Assembly (NCBI RefSeq): GCF_001194135.2
Contig: NC_068994.1
Location: forward strand, 1,859,462-1,914,509
Direction of reading: 5' to 3'
Source of the DNA: Octopus bimaculoides
Lineage: Eukaryota
DNA length: 55,048 nt
In this document: positions 1-9,547 of the stretch, piece after piece
Position numbering within the stretch: the stretch's first letter is position 1
How the letters are laid out: each line of letters begins with the position of its first letter
Notes under the pieces: generated by a model
What the model saw: only the letters and a program-made list of their open reading frames with translations
Told to the model about the DNA's origin: nothing
The model's database searches: none
Made by a program: the position numbers and the translations under genes

Positions 1-817
1 ATGTCAAAATAGGGTTGTTGTTAGGATGTGTATTTTTGATGGAAATATTATAAATATGTTGTGAAAAAACTGGTGAGTTATCGTTAACATCAATTATTTT
101 TATATGAACATGTAAAATTCCTTCTTTTGAAGGTTGTCCTCCATCATTAGCTATCACTTCTAGATTGTAACTATCTTGTATTTCTCTGTCTAGTTTGTCT
201 CCAAGAATAATTCCTATCTTTGCCCCTCCAGTGATAGTTTTCCTCACAGACAATATAAATGGATCACTAAATTGTTTCTTCAATTTATATGTAACTTCTG
301 AGTTTTCCATTCCAATATCTTTGTCGAACGCCTCAGGAATTAATTCTTCAGCACCTTCTCCATCACGCTCACCAAATGTCATATTTATTTCTGTTTGAGG
401 AAACTCTGGGCTGTGATCATTAATGTCTTCTATAATTACTTTTATTTTAATAATTTTCAAAAACGTCTTCCTTCTATGTACAGCAACTTTGATGTATCTA
501 ACACACTCTGATTCGTATGTACACAGTTTCTCAGCATCCAGTGTTTGAGCCGTGTACAATTTACCATCTTGTGTGACATTAAACAAATGTGAATTGCCTG
601 TTCTTTGTCTCTGTATTTGGTTGTATGTGATGAAGTTATTTCCTACAGGAGAGTCCGTTTCTTCCATTTGTGTGTCAGCAGCAATATCCCCAACAAAAGT
701 AAAGGGATTGCTTTCTTCTTCTACATGATAGCTCAGATCTACACAGACACAACTGTGTAGTAATAGATTGAGGACATTTGCAAGTAAGTACGTATTCCAC
801 ACACAGTCTACTTCCAT
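1..817 (-). CDS. Pcdh: Protocadherin A, 5' part of large ectodomain exon (signal peptide, EC1, EC2, start of EC3); continues beyond window start
   Basis: Colinear without indels (offset 3939) with the PcdhB ORF; ATG at 817 (MEVDCVWNTY...); my manual translation is open for 272 codons with DINDHSPEF, LDRE, ANDGG and DVNDNSPVF cadherin motifs. Absent from the ORF track because it has no stop within the window. Confidence 0.95.
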   Translation of the reverse strand, partial: MEVDCVWNTYLLANVLNLLLHSCVCVDLSYHVEEESNPFTFVGDIAADTQMEETDSPVGNNFITYNQIQRQRTGNSHLFNVTQDGKLYTAQTLDAEKLCTYESECVRYIKVAVHRRKTFLKIIKIKVIIEDINDHSPEFPQTEINMTFGERDGEGAEELIPEAFDKDIGMENSEVTYKLKKQFSDPFILSVRKTITGGAKIGIILGDKLDREIQDSYNLEVIANDGGQPSKEGILHVHIKIIDVNDNSPVFSQHIYNISIKNTHPNNNPILT

Positions 818-850
818 CACAGAATGTTAAATCATATCTCGTGATTTTAT

Positions 851-872
851 CTGAAATTACAGAAGAAAATGG
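851..872 (-). promoter_or_regulatory. 3' splice acceptor of PcdhA large exon
   Basis: Minus strand ccattttcttctgtaatttcag|ATAAAATC, 33 nt upstream of the ATG; same signal in PcdhB and PcdhC. Confidence 0.8.
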
Positions 873-1470
873 AATATTTTTATTGAAATATTTCAATGAA
901 AGCTGGAGGTTTTGGAAAGAATCTTTTGTTGAAAATTACATGTGAATTATGGTAAAGGTGAAAGAAAGGAGTGAACATTTATGATATGTCTTAGTGTATG
1001 TCATAGCAATGTTAAATATATTTTATCAAGAGAACCATTTTGGGGTATTACAGATGATGCATTTTCACTTATTACAAATATAATTCTACATGCGTTTACG
1101 GATTAATATAAAACCAGTGATTTAGTTTGTTAAAAGATAGAGAAAACAAGGTATATAATGGGAAATTTGCCCAACTTTGAAGTAGTTTAGAGATTTCTCC
1201 AAAAATGTTGAAACACAAAATTGACACGGGAGGTAACTGCATTGTTGGTACGTACAATGATTAATTATCTCCCTTATTTTAACATGACTTCATGAGACGT
1301 GTTACTATACATGGTCTGAAATACCATTTCTTGAAAATTTGAATATCCTTTATCTCTTTCTATTAACTAACCTGTCCATGAAATGACAGAATAGTGGATA
1401 TGTTACTCTGGATATAATAATGACTATCCCTTCACTATTAAGTTCAACATCAAATTTTCGTGATGCTGTT

Positions 1471-1543
1471 GCTGAAATAGCTCAGTTGGGAGAGCGTTAG
1501 ACTGAAGATCTAAAGGTCCCTGGTTCAATCCCGGGTTTCGGCA
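1471..1543 (+). tRNA. tRNA-Phe-GAA: tRNA-Phe, anticodon GAA, 73 nt
   Basis: GCTGAAATAGCTCAGTTGGGAGAGCGTTAGACTGAAGATCTAAAGGTCCCTGGTTCAATCCCGGGTTTCGGCA: full cloverleaf, acceptor stem GCTGAAA/TTTCGGC (one G:U), intact A and B boxes; essentially the canonical metazoan tRNA-Phe. No T4 terminator immediately downstream. Confidence 0.95.
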
Positions 1544-1569
1544 TCCGGTGGCTGGTCTGCTTATTTATA

Positions 1570-1972
1570 GGCGTAGGAGTGGCTGTGTGGTAAGTAGCTA
1601 GCTTACCAACCACATGGTCCCGGGTTCAGTCCCACTGCGCGGCATCTTGGGCAAGTGTCTTCTACTATAGCCTCGGGCCGACCAAAGCCTTGTGAGTGGA
1701 TTTGGTAGACGGAAACTGAAAGAAGCCGGTCGTATATATGTATATATAGATATATATGTATGTGTGTGTGTATGTTTGTATGTGTGTGTTTGTCCCCCCC
1801 AACATCGCTTGACAACCGATGCTGGTGTGTTTATGTCCCCGTAACTTAGCGGTTCGGCAAAAGAGATCGATAGAATAAGTACTAGGCTTCTGGGGTCAAT
1901 TTGCTCGACTAAAAGGCGGTGCTCCAGCATGGCCACAGTCAAAAGACTGAAACAAGTAAAAGAGTAAAAGAG
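1570..1972 (+). mobile_element. tRNA-derived SINE (family A in this annotation), near full length
   Basis: A-box-like TGGCTGTGTGG, B-box-like GGTTCAGTCCC, internal (TA/TG)n, tail GGCGGTGCTCCAGCATGGCC...AAGTAAAAGAG; homologous pieces at about 6420-6626, 10028-10081(-), 14420-14465, 34703-34795, 36350-36430, 42549-42925. Confidence 0.85.
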
Positions 1973-1981
1973 TATCTATTT

Positions 1982-2015
<34 letters not shown>

Positions 2016-2089
2016 CTGTCTGTCTGTCTGTCTGTCTATCTATCCTTCTCTCTCTCTCTCTCTCTTGCTTTAGTGATTTATTTATTTTA

Positions 2090-2450
2090 ACATCGTCATT
2101 TAGCGTCCATTGTCCATGCTGGCATGGATTGGATGGCTTGACTAGTAAGCTGGAAGGCTGCACCAGACTCCAGTCAACCAAATCTTAGACTACTTTCCAG
2201 GTTGGACAGTTTATAACACAAAATATGCCTGACTGTATGTATGACAAGCATTATGTCTGATCAAGTGTATGTCATACATAATGACTGAACCATGTTTGAA
2301 AGACATTATAATTGCCTAAATGTATGAGAGATATTATGTCTGGCCAAATGTATGACATCATTATGTCCTTCCTAATGCCAACCACTCTGAGAGTATAATT
2401 GATGCTTTTACATGCCACCGGCATGGGTGCCATTTGTGTGCCGCCGGTAT
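2090..2450 (-). mobile_element. Degenerate (GAT)n-tailed retroposon (family C) interrupted by a degenerate ~28-bp tandem repeat (~2236-2367)
   Basis: CCATGCTGGCATGG...CTTCCTAATGCCAACCAC...GCTTTTACATGCCACCGGC matches the reverse complement of the copies at 13861 and 52380. Confidence 0.7.
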
Positions 2451-2509
2451 CTTCTTCTCAAGCCAAAGGTCTTGGTCATCCCCTGCATGAAACCCAACAC
2501 TCAAAACAA

Positions 2510-2790
2510 GCGGAATTGCTACCTACAGCCTACAATACCATGCCATTCATTCTTTTCAGCTATCTAATACTTTCCTGATTATTCTGGCCATGCCAAGGAG
2601 GCAAACCTTTTGTAACAGTTCTACTGGGCACTCTATTCCGATTTCCTTTATATTACTCTTGATGCCTTCCGATACTGTTCCCAAGGACCCAACAACAATT
2701 GGCATTATCTTCTCCTTCATTTTCCATAGCTGGACTATTTCATACTTGAGAGGGTTGTATCTATCTTTTCACCTTTCTTCCTGACTATTT
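2510..2790 (-). mobile_element. 3' end of RLE-type (R2/R4/NeSL-like) non-LTR retrotransposon
   Basis: Minus translation DRYNPLKYEIVQLWKMKEKIMPIVVGSLGTVSEGIKSNIKEIGIECPVELLQKVCLLGMARIIRKVL resembles the C-terminus of restriction-like endonuclease LINEs. Confidence 0.75.
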
Positions 2791-3146
2791 GTGGGTCAAA
2801 GGGACATGCAAACTCAGCTTTATAGCATATGTGCTGCACCTTGTCCACCACCACTAGGTCCTCTCTGTTATGCTCTAGCACCTGATCTGTTTCGATTGGG
2901 AAATCCAAATAATGTTGCTATATTTTTTTACCTAAGACATAGATTAATGTTTGTTAGTGTGATATTGTGTACTATATGTTTGGATACTGAATTGCATAAT
3001 AAGTAGGATACATCAAATGGAGAATAATATATTATGTAACATTAAAATTATTTATTCTAGAGTTTAAGGGAATATTTAAAATTTATTTCAAGAAAAGAAA
3101 ACATTGAAATCTGTAAAAATTCTCTCCAGAAATGAGAAAAACTTAC

Positions 3147-3315
3147 CAAAATTAGGAATGCTTCAACATTCAAATTAAAAGACGAGATTTCTTCAAGTTA
3201 ATAACTTAAAGTCATCCCATTTTGGTGAGAACAGAAGAATCTGTCAGTTGTCCCCTGTATCCAATAGCAACTGAGTTGGGCTTCAGTGTGTTAATCCCTT
3301 CCATTGGGAATGACC
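3147..3315 (-). other. Predicted 169-nt leader (5'UTR) exon of PcdhA
   Basis: Acceptor aatatattttag|GG (AG at 3317-3316) preceded by a CT-rich tract; donor TTTTG|gtaagt (GT at 3146-3145); 159/169 identical to 6851-7019 with the same length. Confidence 0.7.
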
Positions 3316-3469
3316 CTAAAATATATTTAGATATAACAATATTGTATTCCATGTTATGAAAATAAGAGGGAGAAGGAAAGAGAGAAATAGCTTTGACAAT
3401 AATTGATTTGTAATAATTCTCATTTACCATGATGTTTAGATGAGAGATAAAGAAGATAGATAGTGATTG

Positions 3470-3511
<42 letters not shown>

Positions 3512-3670
3512 GGTTTCACCGATGTAGCCATGGGGAAAATAGCATATACACTCACTGCTAAACAATGTTTGTATTCAGTAAAAGTGCATCCTGTTTTACA
3601 GAATTTAGAATGATTTATATATAATGTCATACAGACTGTACGAAATACATAGAAGTCTTACTGATATAAC

Positions 3671-3770
3671 NNNNNNNNNNNNNNNNNNNNNNNNNNNNNN
3701 NNNNNNNNNNNNNNNNNNNNNNNNNNNNNNNNNNNNNNNNNNNNNNNNNNNNNNNNNNNNNNNNNNNNNN
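3671..3770. other. 100-N gap, probably a placeholder of unknown size (also 7581-7680); 12 further gaps at 8408, 10445, 19811, 22357, 23952, 27756, 30890, 33236, 36607, 40995, 42114, 49258
   Basis: Runs of N in the sequence. Confidence 0.99.
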
Positions 3771-4756
3771 ACATACATCTTGAGAATATTCTTTGTTTGT
3801 GATGTTAATGGTTTTTCTACGAATAATTCCCCAGTTTGTTGGTTCAGTCTGAAATGACCTCGTGTACGTTCAGATGTTTCCGGACTAAAAAAATAAGTCA
3901 CTTTACCATTATTGCCAGAATCTGGGTCTTTTGCAGACAATGTCAAAATAGGGTTGTTGTTAGGATGTGTATTTTTGATGGAAATATTGTAAATATGTTG
4001 TGAAAAAACTGGTGAGTTATCATTCACATCAATTATTTTAATATGAACATGTAAAATTCCTTCTTTTGAAGGTTGTCCTCCATCATTAGCTATCACTTCT
4101 AGATTGTAACTATCTTGTATTTCTCTGTCTAGTTTGTCTCCAAGAACAATTCCTATTTTTGCTCTTCCTGTGATAGTTTTTCTTACAGACAATATAAATG
4201 GATCACTAAATTGTTTCTTCAATTTATATGTAACTTCTGAGTTTTCCATTCCAACATCTTTGTCAAAGGCATCTGGAATTAATCTTTCTGCTCCCTCTCC
4301 ATCATCTTCATCATATGTTATATTCAATTGTGTCTGAGGAAACTCAGGGCTGTGATCATTAATGTCTTCTATAATTACTTTAATTTTAATAATTTTCAAA
4401 AATGTCTTCCTTCTATGTACAGCAACTTTGATGTATCTAACACACTCTGATTCATATGTACACAGTTCCTCAGCATCCAGTGTTTGAGCCGTGTACAATT
4501 TACCATCCTGTGTGACATTAAACAAATGTGAATTGCCTGTTCTTTGTCTCTGTATTTGGTTGTATGTGATGAAGTTATTTCCTACAAGAGAGTCCGTTTC
4601 TTCCATTTGTGTGTCAGCAGCAATATCCCCAACAAAAGTAAAGGGATTGCTTTCTTCTTCTACATGATAGCTCAGATCTACACAGACACAACTGTGTAGT
4701 AATAGATTGAGGACATTTGCAAGTAAGTACGTATTCCACACACAGTCTACTTCCAT
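3771..4756 (-). CDS. Pcdh: Protocadherin B, 5' part of large exon (signal peptide, EC1, EC2, most of EC3); truncated by assembly gap
   Basis: ORF track 3605..4759; true ATG at 4756; motifs LDAEELC-x5-C, DINDHSPEF, AFDKDVG, LDRE, DVNDNSPVF, AKDPDSG; still cadherin-like (NILKMYV) at the gap edge. Confidence 0.95.
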
Positions 4757-4789
4757 CACAGAATGTTAAATCATATCTCGTGGTTTTAT

Positions 4790-4811
4790 CTGAAAGTAAA
4801 GAAGAAAATGG
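4790..4811 (-). promoter_or_regulatory. 3' splice acceptor of PcdhB large exon
   Basis: Minus strand ccattttcttctttactttcag|ATAAAACC, 33 nt upstream of the ATG. Confidence 0.8.
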
Positions 4812-5019
4812 AATGTTTTTATTGAAATATTTCACTGAAAGTTGGAGGTTTTGGAAAGAATTTTGTTGAATGCAACTAAGATTTTCAATTATGGTAAACA
4901 TGAAGTAATGCATATAATAGTTTTTATTTAAATATATATATCTGTTAACAAAATACGTGTGAGCATTATACACACACACACACACACACACACATACGCA
5001 CATATACATACATACATAA

Positions 5020-5330
5020 GCATCAGCAGTAGCTACTCCTAAACGTCTGCAAGATACTTCCTGCCCATGAGACATGGTATAGCTGCAAAGACTATTTACA
5101 GTGCAATCTGCAGGAATGATTGTTTTGATGTATATATGAAAGGTATTTCAAAACAGTCTTCCACACCTTCATAAACAAGGAATACTGGTGGGACACACCC
5201 ATAAAAACAGCGATACAGTGCAAACATAAGAGGTCTGATACTGTTCTGTGGGACAAGTGATAAATCTCATGCACTGTTGTAGAGGTCAGCTGTCCAGTGG
5301 ATTTGAATATTCAGCAACGAGCTTGATATA
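5020..5330 (+). mobile_element. RLE-type non-LTR retrotransposon fragment
   Basis: Translation YFLPMRHGIAAKTIY...EYWWDTPIKTAIQCKHKRSDTVLWDK**ISCTVVEVSCPVDLNI, homologous to 33625-34115. Confidence 0.7.
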
Positions 5331-5749
5331 TTCTTGAACAGACTAATAATAAAGAAAATAGCATTAAACTGCATATAGATAATGTGAAAGAAAGGATTAA
5401 GAATCTATAGTTAGTATAAATGCATCTGCAAGTATATCTAAGTGTACTTTATTCTGGGGCAGTGTTCACTAAATTCTATTGTATCACGTGAAGAGAACCA
5501 CATGTGGATATTACAGAAGATACAATTGTACTTATTAGAAATTAAAAGGATACATACATTTTAAGAGAGATATCAATATAGCCATGCGGTTTCTTTAAAA
5601 GAAAAAAAGAGGAAATTGGTCTTTGTTGAGGATTTTGGACATGTTCTTAGTAGTTTTGAATATCTTCAAAAAATGTCAAGATGGACACGGGAGGTAACTG
5701 CATTTATAGTGTGTACAATGTTTAATTATCTCCCTTATTTCAGTATGCT

Positions 5750-6275
5750 CTGGAGTGGCCATATTCAGTATTTTGGGATGCAAAAATCCTTGTTTATTGA
5801 CTGTCTTCAAAAGGGTCACACCATCAGTTGAGTGAACTACGCCAAATTGCTGCAGAAGTTATGAAAGGCTATCAAGACCAAATGACCAGGAAAACAGATG
5901 AAAAGTGTCTTTTTTTGATGAGGTCAAAGTTCCAGCACACAAGTCCTTGCTTTGAATGGCTGCAGTGGATTTGAACTGGCTGACCACCCTCCCTCTTCTC
6001 GTGATTTGGCCCCATCTTACTAACATCTGTTCACCGACATGAAAAAATACTTGGTTGGCAACCAGTCTCAGCATGATGATGACTTCATATCTACTGTTGC
6101 TGAACTTTTTGACCAAAAAGATCAAAGGTTCTTCTCCAACTAGGATCCAAGCACTGCAATACCAATGGATGAGGTGTATGGGATGCAAGTGGGACTGTGT
6201 TACGAATGAACTTCATTTGGTTACATTCCATGAGAGCATCCTTGTCAACCTCCAAAACTTTCAACCAACCCTCTT
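5750..6275 (+). mobile_element. Mariner (DD34D-type) transposase 3' remnant with right TIR
   Basis: Degenerate FWDAK.LFIDCLQKGHTI...HPPSSRDLAPSY*HLF...IQALQYQW..C..C.WDCV; ends in a TIR-like AAAACTTTCAACCAACCCTC. Confidence 0.85.
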
Positions 6276-6850
6276 TTATGTATATATAGATATACTTTCT
6301 CACTTCCCAAGTGTTAAACTAATACATCTGTTTGTTGTTTACACACCCGTCTTCGTCTTTTGTTTTTTTTTGTAAATTCTCACTATATATATATATATAT
6401 ATTATGTGTGTGTGTGTGTGTGTCCAGTACTTCTAGACAACCAATGTTGGTATGTTTATGTCCCTGTGATTTAACAGCTTGACAAGACAGAACTTTTCTT
6501 TAAGGCCTGGTACCAGGTTTTAAAAAAGTTGCATGGTATCAGTTTGTTCAACTAAAATCCTTTAAGACAGTGCTGTGTCCCAACATGGCTGCAGTCTAAT
6601 GAGTGAAGCAAATAAAAGATAAAAGATATTACATACCATGATGTATTTTTAGCATGCTATTGTGTGATATATGACTGAATATCACATCATTAATAAGAAG
6701 AAATATCCATCGTCAACATGAAGGTGAAATAAAACTATATTTCCTTTACATTTCAAGAATTAAACAATTTCAAGCAATATTTAAAAAAGGAAAACTGATT
6801 TAATACTTAATTCTCTATAAAATTTCTCTCCAGAAATCAGAAAACCTTAC

Positions 6851-7019
6851 CAAAATTAGGAATGCTTCAACATCCAAATTAAAAGACAGGATTTCTTCAA
6901 GTTAATAACTTAAAGTCATCCCATTTTGGTGAGAACAGAAGAATCTGTCAGTTGTCCCCTGTATCCAATAGCAAAAGAGCTGGGCTTCAGTGTGTTGGTC
7001 CCTTCCATTGGAAATAACC
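6851..7019 (-). other. Predicted 169-nt leader (5'UTR) exon of PcdhB
   Basis: Acceptor aatatattttag|GG (AG at 7021-7020), donor TTTTG|gtaagg (GT at 6850-6849); paralogous to 3147-3315. Confidence 0.7.
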
Positions 7020-7363
7020 CTAAAATATATTGAAATATAATGACAATATTGTATTCCATGTTATGGAAATCAGAAAGATACAGAGAGAGAGAGAGTTTTG
7101 ACAGTAATTGATCTATGACGATTTTCATCGACCCTGATGTTTAGATTAAAGATGATGAATGTTATATATACAATAGTATATAATATATATATATGTACAC
7201 ACACACACACACACACACACAGTTAAAGATCTCATTGATGTAGCCGTGGGGAAAATAGCATTTACTCTCAATACTAAACACTTCATACAGTAAATATACA
7301 CTGGTTTATATCTAATGTTACATAAATTTGTTAATATAAGATTAGATATAAATCATGTAGCGT

Positions 7364-7570
7364 CATCATCATCATTATCATCATTTAGCATCCATTTTCC
7401 ATGCTGGCATGGGTTAGACAATTTGACTGGAAGTGGTAAGCCAGAAAGCTGTACTGGGCTCCAGTCTGGTTTGGTCTCAATTCTGTAGCTAAATGCCCAT
7501 CCTAATGCACACTGCTCCCTTTTACGAGTCACCACCACAAGCACCATTTATGTGTCACTGACACTGGCCA
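7364..7570 (-). mobile_element. Family C (GAT)n-tailed retroposon, degenerate
   Basis: (CAT)n followed by TTTAGCATCCATTTTCCATGCTGGCATGGGTTAGAC... Confidence 0.75.
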
Positions 7571-7846
7571 TATATATATANNNNNNNNNNNNNNNNNNNN
7601 NNNNNNNNNNNNNNNNNNNNNNNNNNNNNNNNNNNNNNNNNNNNNNNNNNNNNNNNNNNNNNNNNNNNNNNNNNNNNNNNGTGTGTGCATGTTAGAAAGA
7701 GAGAGAGAAGTGAGGGAGAGAGAGAGAGAAAGACAGACACACAAATAGACAAACAGACAAGTCTAATTTTGGCAGATAGATTTATAACATTTCTTATTCA
7801 CCATTATACTTATATGAGAGATGAATCAGATTCATTGAGAATGTTC

Positions 7847-7880
<34 letters not shown>

Positions 7881-9383
7881 CATATTTGTGTGTATGTATG
7901 TATGTATGTGTGTGTATGTATGTATATATATCTATATGTATGTGTGTGTGTATTTATATAGTTAGTATTCTCACAGATATAGTTAATATACATTCTGTAC
8001 TGCAGACTATTCAACAAATTGACACACTTCCGGAGAGAATAACTCCAAACATACACTTTGTGATTCACAAAAGAATATATAATTAGTGAAAGATAATGAC
8101 GAGTGTATATCAGAGACTTGATAACTGAAGAACAACAGATAGAAAAGGCTTTACCAAACAAGATTTCTCATCATTATATAGCCATGTTTAATGATATATA
8201 CACTAGTAATTATACACTAAATTAACAATATACAACGTGTAGCTCATGCTAAAATGTTAATATATACACTGTACAACATCCTAAACTATAAAAACAGACA
8301 GAACCAAACTCAGATATATAGATATTAATGTCAGAAATTTAATCACCAAATAACACTGTATCACAGCAAAATGTCTGCTGCTATTCACAATATACAACAA
8401 TGTGTCTNNNNNNNNNNNNNNNNNNNNNNNNNNNNNNNNNNNNNNNNNNNNNNNNNNNNNNNNNNNNNNNNNNNNNNNNNNNNNNNNNNNNNNNNNNNNN
8501 NNNNNNNNNNNNNNNNNNNNNNNNNNNNNNNNNNNNNNNNNNNNNNNNNNNNNNNNNNNNNNNNNNNNNNNNNNNNNNNNNNNNNNNNNNNNNNNNNNNN
8601 NNNNNNNNNNNNNNNNNNNNNNNNNNNNNNNNNNNNNNNNNNNNNNNNNNNNNNNNNNNNNNNNNNNNNNNNNNNNNNNNNNNNNNNNNNNNNNNNNNNN
8701 NNNNNNNNNNNNNNNNNNNNNNNNNNNNNNNNNNNNNNNNNNNNNNNNNNNNNNNNNNNNNNNNNNNNNNNNNNNNNNNNNNNNNNNNNNNNNNNNNNNN
8801 NNNNNNNNNNNNNNNNNNNNNNNNNNNNNNNNNNNNNNNNNNNNNNNNNNNNNNNNNNNNNNNNNNNNNNNNNNNNNNNNNNNNNNNNNNNNNNNNNNNN
8901 NNNNNNNNNNNNNNNNNNNNNNNNNNNNNNNNNNNNNNNNNNNNNNNNNNNNNNNNNNNNNNNNNNNNNNNNNNNNNNNNNNNNNNNNNNNNNNNNNNNN
9001 NNNNNNNNNNNNNNNNNNNNNNNNNNNNNNNNNNNNNNNNNNNNNNNNNNNNNNNNNNNNNNNNNNNNNNNNNNNNNNNNNNNNNNNNNNNNNNNNNNNN
9101 NNNNNNNNNNNNNNNNNNNNNNNNNNNNNNNNNNNNNNNNNNNNNNNNNNNNNNNNNNNNNNNNNNNNNNNNNNTTAAATAATCTAATAATAATAATAAT
9201 AATAATAATAGTTAGTATTTTGCCCAGTTAAGTTGTATGTTATGAGTAAACCATTTGATGATATTTGTCAGTGATATAAGGGTGTTTTCTGAATGTCTCT
9301 TTGATTTTCTCTTGTCTCTTCTATATTTTCACATGATATTAAAGATGGAAGATGGGAATAAAACAAGATAGATGTAGACTTAC

Positions 9384-9522
9384 CTCCATTGTCTCATCCA
9401 TAATCAGTGTGGCAGTGTGTGAGGGAGTGTCTAGGAGTGTGTGACCGTCTCTGTGTGTGGTTGTGTGGTAGTGTTTGGTAGTGTGTGGTAGTAGAGATGT
9501 GGATCTCAGGCTGTAACTACTG
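9384..9522 (-). other. Candidate first exon with TATA box
   Basis: Minus strand TATAAAT at 9554-9548, Inr-like GCAGT about 33 nt downstream, non-repetitive body, perfect donor GAG|gtaagtc (GT at 9383-9382). Confidence 0.5.
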
Positions 9523-9547
9523 CTGCTGCAGTCTGCTGCACACACAC

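Noticed and set aside
675-896. Overlapping alternative-frame ORFs conserved between A and B (675..896, 4614..5075, 195..398, 4134..4337)
   Set aside because: Conservation is explained by the underlying Pcdh duplication; TTG/GTG-type or weak starts, no recognisable domains.
3605-3770. C-terminal part of the 384-aa ORF (VISVRLL...KSF)
   Set aside because: Read-through across the gap into non-coding DNA; not the PcdhB C-terminus.
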